DNA of 24,880 nucleotides from positions 1 to 24,880 of IMG/VR virus record IMGVR_UViG_3300030620_000020. The stretch is one strand, 5' to 3'. A program made the position numbers and the translations under genes. Under the pieces are notes generated by a model, which was not told where the DNA came from, did not search any database, and saw nothing but the letters and a program-made list of their open reading frames with translations. The first letter of the stretch is position 1. The number at the start of each line of letters is the position of its first letter. Positions 6,801 through 15,621 of this stretch are shown one piece after another. The DNA is from a virus. Its lineage: Duplodnaviria > Caudoviricetes.

Positions 6801-9800
6801 GTTCTCTTTGCGGTACACATTCAACTCGAATAGCCGTTTGGTGATTCCCGATTCGGAGACTTTCCCGTAGCGGGCATGCAGCCAGGCGGCATCGAGCTTG
6901 AACGGTTCCACGCCTTCGGGGAGGGGTGAACCGTCGGGCAGCGTGCCTTTGCGCAAGACAGCGAGCGCGATGTATTGCTTTTGCTGATGCACTTCCGCCG
7001 CGACGTCCGCACGAACTTCCTTCCGCCGTTGCTGCCACCAGGCCTTCGCGGTCCGCTGGTATTCGTCCATGAATTCGTTTTGCAGCGCATCCCGCCGGGC
7101 GTCGCCCGCCTTCTGGACTTTGTCCCGGTAGAGCTTCAACTGTTCCGGGGAGACGCCCAGGCGTTCCGCCATGCCTTGATCTTCAATTAAGGCGAAGATT
7201 CCGGCTTCCTGCTCGGCCTGGGTGATTTGCTCATCGGTCGCGACCAACCGGTCCATCACCCCGCGGACTTCCGGCGTCAAGTTCACCCGCAGTTGAGACA
7301 GGGAACGGTAGATCGCCACGAGCCAGGCGCGGAACCGGGCGAAGACCGAACGCAATTCCGGGTTCGGCGTTTTCCCTTCCCGGAGATAGGCTTCGAAACC
7401 GCGCGCCCATTGCTCGTGCTGGTCTTTGCCGATCTGGCTGCGCGATTCCACACCGAGCCAGGCCAGCAGCGTACTGTAGTCTTCGACCATCCGTTGCTGC
7501 GTCGGGTTGAGCTCGCCCGGACGGGTCTGCAGGTCCTCGACGAGGTCGCTGAAGACTTCTAGGTAGAAGTGTCCGGATTCGTGGAGGAACGTCGAGAGGT
7601 CGGCTTTCTCGAGGAGTTCGATCGTGAATTGCCGGTTGGGGCCGAAGCGGATGGCGCCGCGCTTTTCGAGGTCGAGTTCGGTGGTTTGGCGGAGTTCGGT
7701 CCGTCCGGAGCGGTCGCGGAGGGAGGCGGAATTATCCACACCGCGGATCTGGTCTGCCGAAAACACGGCATAGACATCGGAAAGGCCTGCTTCATCGTGG
7801 TAGGCATCATCGATATTGCGAAATATCACCCCATCCCGGCCCTGTTCCTTCGCTCTCATCGTGAGTCGATACATCGCGCCCTGACTGATATTGGCTGTTC
7901 CTTGCTCCCGGGCTCGCTTTAGGGCAATCTCGGCTTCACCGCGCGTTTCATAGTCGCCGCCAAACCACTCACCCCCGGCCTCCCCGTAATCCTTATGTAT
8001 CGACCACGAATTAGTGCCGCTCTTCATCACCTCGACTTTAAAATCCACGACCAACGGATTCCTTATCTGAAGGTATACGTCCTTGCGTTTTGGTCCGTAT
8101 GAAGAGGCGACCTGGGAGGAAGACGTGAACCACATCACGCCTTTCATGGACTGCATTACGTATCCGGTGGGCTTCTGTAAATCGAAGCCGTCAAAGTCCT
8201 CGCTCGTGCCGTGATAGACAATCAGCGGATCACCGTTGTCGTCGACGACTTTGCTACCAGCAAACCATTCCTTGAAATTGCCCGGCATCGCCTCCTGCTC
8301 TAACACCGTTCCCGTCTGCGGGTCAATCTCCGGCTGCTGAGAGGCCTCCTGGAGCAACTGCCGGATCTCGGCATTCGTGGCCGATCGTAAATCCACATCC
8401 CGCGCTTTCAGGTAACCCTGCAGTTGCTCCAGGATCATCGCCTGTTCGATCGCCTGGGCATTCTGTTGCGGTTGGGCGTAGACCGGAGTTCCCTGCAATT
8501 CCTTATCGATCGCATCGAGGAAATCCGCGATGGTGGATTGTTCCGGCAGATATCCCGCTTCCGCCGCGGCTTCTCTCGCTTTGTCGAGCGGCAATCCTTC
8601 TTCCCGGATTAGCTTCTTCTGAAACGGTTTCAGTTCTTTGTCCGCTTCCCGCGAGGCGAGATCTCCGCCTTCGTCTTGCACACCGCCTTTGCTCTTGAGA
8701 AAGTCCAGCAGGGACGTCCCGAACATCTCCTGTTGAGACGGCCGCTTTCCCGCGCGCAATCGATCGATCAAGGTATCGAGCGCCACATCGGTATCCGGCA
8801 GCGATCGCAAAATCTCCGGGACGGGGCGGACGATCTTCAGGCGGTAGGGTTCGTAGAGCGCAAAGGGATCCACCCCCGCACGCTCGCCCATGGTCCGGAA
8901 CGTCGATTCCACCAAGGCCGCGTAGGCGTCGATCGTGTCCCGGTTGAAGCCTTGGCCTAAGAGTTGACCGGTGATGTCGTCGCGGATCCGCGCGGCGCCG
9001 CGGAGCTGGTCTTCCGGCGCGAGGATCTCGGGCGCGGGTTCTTCGGCGAGGGCTGTCTCGAACGCTTCCGTTTCCCGGGCGGTCATTTCCTCGGGGGCCA
9101 AGCGGAGTTCTTTCGCAAAGAACGCGTTCGCCTCGGTCGGCGCGATGGTGGCCGCGTACGCCGCGGTGGGAATCGCCAGGTCTTCGCCCGTGGCGACCGA
9201 TTGCGCGTAGTCTTCGCGGGAAATCCCCAGGTCTTCCGCTTTTTGCGCTGGGTCGAGGTTCTGGTCCTGCCAGAAGGTCTGCCAGGATTCCGCGGGGACA
9301 TAGACGGTGTCTAAGGGTCCGTCTTTCGTGGCGATCGCCACCAGCTCCTGGAGCTTCGGCGGCAACCGTTGGAAGGTCTTCGAATTCGTGACGCCTTCCC
9401 CGAGGGCCTGGATGAACCGTTCATTGGTGCGCGCCTGGTTCCGCCGCCGCGCGCCCGCCGCGGATAGGATGATCGCTTGCGCAATCCCGCCCGCACTGCC
9501 GGCGATCAACGCTTCGTACGCCGTCCCCGTCCCAATCTCGGCTTCGGGATTGGTGAGGATTTTCCGCGCGATATCCTGGAGGCTGGCTTCGGACACTTCT
9601 TGCGTGGCTTCCGAGGCGGCGCCGATCAAGACGCCCGTCAATCCGCGGATCGCCCGGTTGCGGATGGCTTCCGGAACGCGCCGCATCAAGACATCTAAGC
9701 CGAGCCGTTCGGTCGCCGCCGTCGCGACCGCTCCCGCGAGAATCGCCAGGTCCTCTTTCGCGGTGATCTCCGAATCCGGAGGCAGATATGGCGCGACGTC

Positions 9801-10625
9801 CCGGAGCTCCGCTTCCCCGATATGCACATCCCCGAACGCCCGCGCGGCCTCCTGGGACATCCGCCGCGGTTCGCTCCGGATCTGTTCCGCCTGGATATCC
9901 GCGCCTTGCGCCAAGAGCGACGCGAAGGAAGCGGCGGATCCACCCACCACCGCAACGCCCACTTGTCCGATGATCTGCCCGACCGCTTCCACGATATCGT
10001 GAGAGATCCCGCGCCGTCCTTCGGGGGCGCGCATCGTCCCGGCCGCTTCCTTGAAGGTCCCGCCCGGCTGCCGGAGGATTTCGCTCGGATTGCCCCACCA
10101 GGGGAGCACGGGTGTCTCGAGAGCCCGGCGGACGGGCGCGGGCAGCACCGAGCCCATGGCGCGCGCCAGGACGTCGTTCAACGTGCCGAGTCCGGAGAGC
10201 GCGCCCCCCACGAATCCGGTCGGTCCTGCAGCCGCCGAGCCGAGATAATCCCGTCCTTGGGTGAGCAGCCATTCGAGCATCCCGAGCTGGGGGAGATCGT
10301 CTTGCGCCAAGGCGGCGTTGTCCGGATCGGCAATCCACTCCGCGAGCTTCGGGGTGTCCCGGAGCATTTGGGAGTACGGCGTGTCGGCGATTTGCGCGCG
10401 TTTCTTAATCGTGTCGAAGTTGCGGTCGATGACCGATGAGGGCAAGCCGGTGCGTTCGGAGAGCGAGAGAATCTCCGCTTCTCTTTCCGGGGATTGCTCC
10501 GCGGCTTGCTTCGTGGCCAAACGCAATGCCGTTTCACTCTGGCGCTGTTGCTGCCGCAGGGTTTCCCGGTAGGGATTGCGGTCCTCATCCTGGAGGAGGG
10601 TTTCTTCGTAAGGATTGAGTGGCAT
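3804..10625 (-). CDS. 2273-aa large polyvalent ejection (internal virion) protein with an LPD22-like N-terminus, ART-PolyVal-like domain and HExxH zincin-like motif
   Basis: Likely start MPLNPY, 7 nt after the upstream stop. Motifs: P.LAEWIADPDNAALAQDD; NFKEWFAGSKVVDDNGDPLIVYHGT..WFTS..VYLQIRNPL..GRDGVIF..VFSADQIR; ADLSTFLHESGH..HEQWARGFEAYLREG. Last gene of the ejection module. Confidence 0.9.
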   Translation of the reverse strand: MPLNPYEETLLQDEDRNPYRETLRQQQRQSETALRLATKQAAEQSPEREAEILSLSERTGLPSSVIDRNFDTIKKRAQIADTPYSQMLRDTPKLAEWIADPDNAALAQDDLPQLGMLEWLLTQGRDYLGSAAAGPTGFVGGALSGLGTLNDVLARAMGSVLPAPVRRALETPVLPWWGNPSEILRQPGGTFKEAAGTMRAPEGRRGISHDIVEAVGQIIGQVGVAVVGGSAASFASLLAQGADIQAEQIRSEPRRMSQEAARAFGDVHIGEAELRDVAPYLPPDSEITAKEDLAILAGAVATAATERLGLDVLMRRVPEAIRNRAIRGLTGVLIGAASEATQEVSEASLQDIARKILTNPEAEIGTGTAYEALIAGSAGGIAQAIILSAAGARRRNQARTNERFIQALGEGVTNSKTFQRLPPKLQELVAIATKDGPLDTVYVPAESWQTFWQDQNLDPAQKAEDLGISREDYAQSVATGEDLAIPTAAYAATIAPTEANAFFAKELRLAPEEMTARETEAFETALAEEPAPEILAPEDQLRGAARIRDDITGQLLGQGFNRDTIDAYAALVESTFRTMGERAGVDPFALYEPYRLKIVRPVPEILRSLPDTDVALDTLIDRLRAGKRPSQQEMFGTSLLDFLKSKGGVQDEGGDLASREADKELKPFQKKLIREEGLPLDKAREAAAEAGYLPEQSTIADFLDAIDKELQGTPVYAQPQQNAQAIEQAMILEQLQGYLKARDVDLRSATNAEIRQLLQEASQQPEIDPQTGTVLEQEAMPGNFKEWFAGSKVVDDNGDPLIVYHGTSEDFDGFDLQKPTGYVMQSMKGVMWFTSSSQVASSYGPKRKDVYLQIRNPLVVDFKVEVMKSGTNSWSIHKDYGEAGGEWFGGDYETRGEAEIALKRAREQGTANISQGAMYRLTMRAKEQGRDGVIFRNIDDAYHDEAGLSDVYAVFSADQIRGVDNSASLRDRSGRTELRQTTELDLEKRGAIRFGPNRQFTIELLEKADLSTFLHESGHFYLEVFSDLVEDLQTRPGELNPTQQRMVEDYSTLLAWLGVESRSQIGKDQHEQWARGFEAYLREGKTPNPELRSVFARFRAWLVAIYRSLSQLRVNLTPEVRGVMDRLVATDEQITQAEQEAGIFALIEDQGMAERLGVSPEQLKLYRDKVQKAGDARRDALQNEFMDEYQRTAKAWWQQRRKEVRADVAAEVHQQKQYIALAVLRKGTLPDGSPLPEGVEPFKLDAAWLHARYGKVSESGITKRLFELNVYRKENGISPDTAAELLGYSSGDELVQALVNARPMDALIDAETDSRMKDQYGDMLTDGTAAEKAKDAVMTEGRAEVILEEIKALARAQRQAAPLLREGQRQERQAQRETQARGIETFQRFVPKLSVIRSWAEQRVREAKVRDVRPGTYWAAARRASQSATQAALEQRFDEALTWKQRELLNVEMYRAALDAQKEIESIRQLMRSFDEKKKRERIGKAGDDYLDQIDALRERFDFARLTNKQIERRKQLAAWAADRQAQNLPVDIPASLLDESRRMSYRDATVEELAGLRDAVEHIAHLARLKNKLLKAKDKRDLESAAAAVSGSIEGNSKGRRPVILEDEAPGERHRRGLAGFFAWQRKLASYVRQMDGGQDGGAVWEYVMRPINEAADAETVMKEAATLRYMDILKIYSRPELAALSRKDYIPAVNTSLSKEARIMLALYWGNAEGRQRVMGGYKWNEQQIAGVLDTLDEKDWSFVRGIWKEVNSYWSDIEAKQKRVYGVAPEKVEALAYPTRFGEVPGGYVPLKYAVSDPQTQAQSAAEISEQMMKGAFSRATTRRGFTKERADTVNRKPRLSLNTIWEHTSEVIHDLTHHEMLIDVNRLLGSKPVQRAILDHYGDIVYRNIQDAVRDIAAGHVPVQQQGERALEWLRQGTSIARMGWNTMTALVQPLGLTVSFGRVGPGWVGRGIARWLGDAARMESSVTWVHEQSPFMRLRHKTLMREINEVRNKVSPRGSLVAAAIGRLPGGQIGAQAGLAIGDTYGTIEDSYFWLISRAQMIADVPTWLGQYEKSRAAGESEARAIALADQAVIDSQGSGHIKDLAKTQRGTPALKLFTQFMSYFSVVYNQGAEAVARTRFRDPASMAKLAVSLLTLYTLPMLLETAVRDAMRGGDDDEALMKRLAQEQLSYLLNTVVFGRELTGAVEGFQYKGQAGAGFFAEASGLVLQVRQGEVDEAAWKAFIHTAGIVFHLPATQVQRMVDAFIALNEDGGASALQTLLAGKPKN

Positions 10626-10632
10626 CCGTGCC

Positions 10633-12378
10633 TTATTTCCGCTCCTGTTGCTTGGTCTGGATATAGAGATCCACAACCGCCTCGTCGGTGACCACGCGGT
10701 TCGCTTCGCGCAGCGCGGCTTCGATCTGCCGCCGGTCCTCACGCGGAATGTCGCGGATGGTCACCTGGACGAGCGGTTTCTCCGTATCCCAGATCCAACC
10801 GTCCACCGTGTAGGAGGTGGCCACGATATCGTCGGCAATGGCCTGGATATCCTCATTCGTGGGTGGCTTTCCCGTCGCCCGCGCTAAAGCTCCCGCCCGT
10901 TCGCCGACCATCTGATGCACCCGCGAGGCCGTGGCGTGGTTTTCTTTCAACCCGGCATCGATGCCCATCTGGCCCAGGGTGTTGTTGATGATCTGCGTTT
11001 CCGTGCGGAAGTCATCGAGCTGCGTGTCGGCCTCCTTCTGTTTCCCTTCCCGGATGTTGTTCTGGAGCCGCTTCAACTCCTTCAGGTCGGTGTCCTCGAT
11101 TCGATGAATCTCCAGGCCAAGGTCGCGCTCGGCGAACCCGGATGGATCGACGTTGGCTTCATCCATCAGCATTAACCACCGCGGCATATCCGTGTCGATG
11201 CGGCCTTTCTCCTGGTACTGCCGGTTGTAGCTTTCCAGTGCGTTCCGCTCGGAACTCGTCAGTTGATTCCACACCGAGGGCGGAACGACGTCGCGCGCAA
11301 ACACCGGACGCCGCCGGTCGATCAAATTCAGCATGTCCGTCATGGTGCGGTCCAGCGCGTCTTTCGCCTGCAGTAACGTGCGCTCCCGCTCCTCGCGTTC
11401 CAATTGCTTCCGGAGCCGCCATTCCGCGTCGACCCGCTGCGTGACCAGGTCGCGCAGTTCGGGCTCTTCGATTTTCCGGGCCGCGTCGAGGGCGTCCGCA
11501 TGGGATTCGAATTGCGCGAGGATCGTATCGGCAAACCGCTGGGACTGTCCGCGGAGGGATCCTTCCTGGAGGGACGATTCCACGCGCGCCAGGTCCTGAC
11601 CGAGGATTTCCGCTTTGCGTATCCGGAAGTAGGTCCGCGCGTTGATGTCCTGGCCGTTGGCGAGCATGCGGTCAATCACGCCCACGTGCGTGGCACTGAC
11701 GGCCGCGTCCATCCGGCGCTGGCTCTCTTCGGCCGGGAGTCCGTAGTCTTCGCCGTGAATCCGCAGGCGCATCCGGATGCGCTCCAGTTCCGTGCCCACG
11801 CGCGTGGGATCGTCGAAGTTCGCGACCGCCGCCTGCTGGGCGTTCAAGATGTAGGCTTCCGTTTCGGCTTGACCGAACTTCTGAAACTCCGCGCTTTCGT
11901 GGCGCGTGACGCGGTCCACCACGTTTTGCCGGCGCGTGTGCGCCAGGCGCATGAAGGCGTCTTTCTGTTCCTGGTTGCTGAGCCCTTCATAGACCGTGTC
12001 TACTCGCTTTTCAAATTCCTCAGAGACTTGGCCGATCAACCCAAACGCGTTCTCCCCTTTGCGCAGCAGGACGCCGTTCCGGGGATCGTCGAGAACCGTG
12101 TTTTCCCATTCCGCAAGCTGCCGGTCGGCGTGCAGGATGCGGATATCGTCCTGCCGCTGTTTTTCGTTCTGCCACTCCTCTTCGCGCTGCCGCATCTGAT
12201 CGGTCGCAATATCCTGCCCCACCCGCGCGAGCGTCTCCCCGAACTGCGCCGCCCCGCCTCCGGAGGGAACGTTGCGGATCACCGGCGCTTCGACTTGCGG
12301 AATCGCGACGCCGCCCCGCCGGACGTTCGGCCGGGGCGCGGTGGGTTGCTGCTGCCGGTAGGTTTGGACTTTGGGCAT
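10633..12378 (-). CDS. 581-aa internal virion (ejection) protein, positional equivalent of T7 gp15
   Basis: MPKVQTY start, predicted helical, G.L.RKGENA motif; lies between the small and large ejection genes. Confidence 0.8.
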   Translation of the reverse strand: MPKVQTYRQQQPTAPRPNVRRGGVAIPQVEAPVIRNVPSGGGAAQFGETLARVGQDIATDQMRQREEEWQNEKQRQDDIRILHADRQLAEWENTVLDDPRNGVLLRKGENAFGLIGQVSEEFEKRVDTVYEGLSNQEQKDAFMRLAHTRRQNVVDRVTRHESAEFQKFGQAETEAYILNAQQAAVANFDDPTRVGTELERIRMRLRIHGEDYGLPAEESQRRMDAAVSATHVGVIDRMLANGQDINARTYFRIRKAEILGQDLARVESSLQEGSLRGQSQRFADTILAQFESHADALDAARKIEEPELRDLVTQRVDAEWRLRKQLEREERERTLLQAKDALDRTMTDMLNLIDRRRPVFARDVVPPSVWNQLTSSERNALESYNRQYQEKGRIDTDMPRWLMLMDEANVDPSGFAERDLGLEIHRIEDTDLKELKRLQNNIREGKQKEADTQLDDFRTETQIINNTLGQMGIDAGLKENHATASRVHQMVGERAGALARATGKPPTNEDIQAIADDIVATSYTVDGWIWDTEKPLVQVTIRDIPREDRRQIEAALREANRVVTDEAVVDLYIQTKQQERK

Positions 12379-12379
12379 C

Positions 12380-13066
12380 TCAGTAACTCAGGGACACGCC
12401 GCGGCCCGATAGCGGCGAAGGCCTGCGGAATCCAAATTGTTGATAGGCGAGATTCGCCCCTCCGGCGAGAAACGTCGAGGCCGCGCCCCATTTCCCCGCC
12501 GAAGCCGCCGCGTCCCCGCCCATGCGCAACGACAGGGCTTCACTGCGGCCCACCCGGCGCGTCGCATCCGCCTGCAGCCGTCCGGTTTTCCGCAGCGCCC
12601 GTTCCTGCTTGCGCTCCGATTCGGCTTCCACCTGGAATCCCCAGGCTTCGCGGGCCGCATTCGTCCGGATCGTCAAGGCGTCGAGCTCCGCCTGATAGGC
12701 GGTATCCATCTGGACGTCCAAGGCGGTACCGGCGTGGATCTCGACGTTCTGGCCCGCAAAGGCCGCCCGTTGCGCGCCGATGAATCCGCGGACGTCCGTA
12801 CGGAACCGCTGCTCCTCTTCTTTGCCTCTCCGGACGGAATCGCGCGCCATCGCTTCGAGCATCCGGGCGTTGAAGGCGAGGATATCCGCGTTCGCCTCGG
12901 TGCCTTCCTCGAGTAACTGCGCGTTGAATTCGGCGGTGTCCTCGATCGAGCGGGCGTTGATCTGGGCGATCCGCTTTTGCGCGTTGCCGGCTTGGATCTG
13001 TCCGATGCCGCCGAGGATCGTCCCTCCGGCCTGGATCGCGAGCTGGGCGATTAAGGGGAATGCCAC
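12380..13066 (-). CDS. 228-aa small ejection protein, positional equivalent of T7 gp14
   Basis: GTG 13066 after GGAGG; Gly/Ala-rich hydrophobic ends; IGAQRAAFAGQNV...GTALDV..DT...ELDALTIRTNAAREAWG. Confidence 0.85.
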   Translation of the reverse strand: MAFPLIAQLAIQAGGTILGGIGQIQAGNAQKRIAQINARSIEDTAEFNAQLLEEGTEANADILAFNARMLEAMARDSVRRGKEEEQRFRTDVRGFIGAQRAAFAGQNVEIHAGTALDVQMDTAYQAELDALTIRTNAAREAWGFQVEAESERKQERALRKTGRLQADATRRVGRSEALSLRMGGDAAASAGKWGAASTFLAGGANLAYQQFGFRRPSPLSGRGVSLSY

Positions 13067-13067
13067 A

Positions 13068-15587
13068 TCAACCTCCAATATCTCCGCTGGGCATGACGCC
13101 CAGAATGGCGAGCGGCAACGGATCCGACTGCCGGATGGCCACCCGTCCGGGTTTATTCCAGGTCGATTGCAGGGCGACTTCGATGATTTCCGTCCGGAGT
13201 ACTCCTCCGGACTCGCTGAAAATGTCCGTCCCGAGGACCGTGCCGGGCGCTGCGGCGTGGGGCGTCAAGTGGTCGAAGTCCGGACCGGCCTGGACGCCCC
13301 GCGACCGCTCCACCAGGAGCGACGCGGATTTGACGAGTTTCTTCCTGTCGCGCAAGGGCGCGTCTTGGGAATCGAGATCCAGCGTCTCCACGTCCGCCTC
13401 GATCGGCAATCCCACGTGCACAATGTCGTAGAGGCCCGCGAGCGGCACCGCCCCCGTGTCCACGGTGGCCGCAAGCACCACGCCGTTCGCGAGGATCGAG
13501 ACGGCCCGGCCTTCCAGGTGCTCTAATCCCGCCACTTCATCCACCGCCAGCGACCAGAAGAGCGTCGCGGTGTTCCGCAAAGAGGCCGCGACGGTCGAAA
13601 TCGGATTGCCTTTCACCACCGTCGCGGAGACAAATTCCGTGATGACGATGCGGTTGACGTCTTTATTCGTATCGACCGCTGTGGGATCCCAGACGGTGAC
13701 CCCGTTGCCGACGTCGCCGGCCGCGAACTTATCCGAGCTCGCGGTCACCGTGATGAGATCGGCAGTGGTCCATCCGGCAGCCGTCGTCAGGGTGACCGTC
13801 ACGCCCGCGCCCACGTCGTTCACGCCGTTGTAGGTGAGGAAGGAATCCAGGAAATGCCCATCGAGGCGGTAATCCTCGATCTGCCGCGAGGCAAAGCGCT
13901 CGATGTACCGCTTCGTCTGCCCGTCAATCGTGCGCTTTACGACCACATAGACCGCGTCTTCTTCTTTTCCACGGATGGAGGAGCCCGGAGGGGGTGGTGT
14001 GGTTTCCGGTACCGCGACCACGTCTTCGTAGACGTCCCCGTCTCCCGTGTCGTGACGGTGCCATCCCCAGATATCGAATTCGCGGAGGTAGGTCAGGCCC
14101 AGGAGGACCCCGTCGGAGCGCACAGCCCAGTTGATCGAGTGCGGCATTTGCGCGAACGCCATCCGTTCAATGGCCTTCCCTTCGAACAAATGCGGCGCGT
14201 AGACCGTCAGGTCGCGGCCGTCATAGCCTTCCACGGCCGAGTCAAAGCGGAGATCCCGGACGATGCCGCCGCGCGCCTGGACGTAGATTAGGTTGTTGCC
14301 GATCACGGAGGGCTGCACGGTGGAGGCGCCATAGAAGCTCTGCTGCCGCAAGTTGATGGCGGTTGGGCGGAGTACTCCGTCGACGTCCCCCACGACAACC
14401 CACTCGCCGATCGACGTCAAGATGACCAGCTTGCCGACTTCGATCAAATGCCGGATTTCGTTATAACCCCGTCCCGCAATGCGGAACTGGATCGCGTCGT
14501 CATCCTGGATCGGGGAGGAGATCGTATGATTTTTGAAGAACCCGCTCCGCGAGGCAAAGACGTCCTCGGGCAGGGTATTGGTCCCACCGAAGACCAGGCG
14601 GTGCTGGTAATAGCCTGCGGTTCCCGGCCGCTCATCGGCATCTTCAAACAGCACGCGGGGCACGGGAGGCGCCACCGAGAAATCGGGCTCGAAGCCGATA
14701 TCGTTGAAGGCATTCGTGGACGCAATCCCGATGAAGCCGTACAGCCCATTGCCGTCTTTGTCGAGATAGACGTTGTACTCGGCGGCATCGGCCACCGCGT
14801 CCCAGGCCAGGGTATTGGGGGCGGCTTCCGTGGGCGCCGTGCACGTAATATCGTCGTTGGCCGAGGCCACCGATTCTTCGTAATCGCCGTCATGGACAGC
14901 GGTCACTTTGTAGCTGTACGCGAGCGGGCCCGCCGTGCCTTCGGTCGCCGCCAAGTTGGCGGGCGCGGCAATTCCCGGAGCCGTCGCGTAGAGCGTCAGG
15001 GTCCACTTGGCCGGAAACCGTTTCAACTCGCGCGGCTGATACTCCGGGTGGGTGATGGTGAGGACGTCGCCCGACTGGACGACGTGCAGCGCGCTTAAAT
15101 GCCCGGCCGCGTAGGGCGTCGGAATTTCCAGGATATCGCCCGTCAAGGCGTACCAGAAGTCTTCCCAGTTCGTTCCTACGCCCGGCTCATCATTGGCTTC
15201 ATTGGAGGTGTGATCCGCAATGCAGTAGTAGTTGACGCTGTTGTGGACCACCAGATCCCCTTGTTCGTAAGCCGTCACATCCGCCCATGCGTCCGGCGTG
15301 CCCACGGTGACTTGCGCGCCTTCCCGGACGAAGCGGAAGTAGCCGGCGCCGGCTTCGATCACATAGGTGTCGTCCGCCGAGAAAATGAACGTCAGGAGGT
15401 AGGTCCGGACGGACGAGGTTTTGACTTCCACGATGAACTGGTGCCCCGGCCGGTTCGCCACCCCGCCGCCCTTCATCAAGATGAAGTTCCGGCAGGTGGC
15501 TAACGCGGAGAGATACCGCGGAAAGTCCGCCCCTCCGTAAAAGGTGGGGCCGACTTCTCCACCCGCAAAACTGCGTTGAATCGCCAT
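13068..15587 (-). CDS. Tail tubular protein B / nozzle (Bbp13-like), 839 aa
   Basis: QRSFAGGEV.P...CRNF....GG..NRPG; QSGDVL...HP.Y.P; YYQHRLVFGG; GWHRHDT; KRYIERF; IRQSDPLPLAILGV. Confidence 0.92.
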   Translation of the reverse strand: MAIQRSFAGGEVGPTFYGGADFPRYLSALATCRNFILMKGGGVANRPGHQFIVEVKTSSVRTYLLTFIFSADDTYVIEAGAGYFRFVREGAQVTVGTPDAWADVTAYEQGDLVVHNSVNYYCIADHTSNEANDEPGVGTNWEDFWYALTGDILEIPTPYAAGHLSALHVVQSGDVLTITHPEYQPRELKRFPAKWTLTLYATAPGIAAPANLAATEGTAGPLAYSYKVTAVHDGDYEESVASANDDITCTAPTEAAPNTLAWDAVADAAEYNVYLDKDGNGLYGFIGIASTNAFNDIGFEPDFSVAPPVPRVLFEDADERPGTAGYYQHRLVFGGTNTLPEDVFASRSGFFKNHTISSPIQDDDAIQFRIAGRGYNEIRHLIEVGKLVILTSIGEWVVVGDVDGVLRPTAINLRQQSFYGASTVQPSVIGNNLIYVQARGGIVRDLRFDSAVEGYDGRDLTVYAPHLFEGKAIERMAFAQMPHSINWAVRSDGVLLGLTYLREFDIWGWHRHDTGDGDVYEDVVAVPETTPPPPGSSIRGKEEDAVYVVVKRTIDGQTKRYIERFASRQIEDYRLDGHFLDSFLTYNGVNDVGAGVTVTLTTAAGWTTADLITVTASSDKFAAGDVGNGVTVWDPTAVDTNKDVNRIVITEFVSATVVKGNPISTVAASLRNTATLFWSLAVDEVAGLEHLEGRAVSILANGVVLAATVDTGAVPLAGLYDIVHVGLPIEADVETLDLDSQDAPLRDRKKLVKSASLLVERSRGVQAGPDFDHLTPHAAAPGTVLGTDIFSESGGVLRTEIIEVALQSTWNKPGRVAIRQSDPLPLAILGVMPSGDIGG

Positions 15588-15621
15588 CCGTGGCTTGTCC
15601 TTTAAAGCGGCTCAGCCGCTG

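Noticed and set aside
10626-10742. Upstream extension of the large gene (also 17356-17412, 528-593, 656-883)
   Set aside because: These overlap upstream genes or structured RNA. Downstream starts have an RBS or stop-start coupling.
15606-15620. Hairpin AGCGGC-TCA-GCCGCT between adaptor and nozzle genes as a terminator
   Set aside because: Only 6 bp with a 3-nt loop and a very short U-run, in mid-operon.
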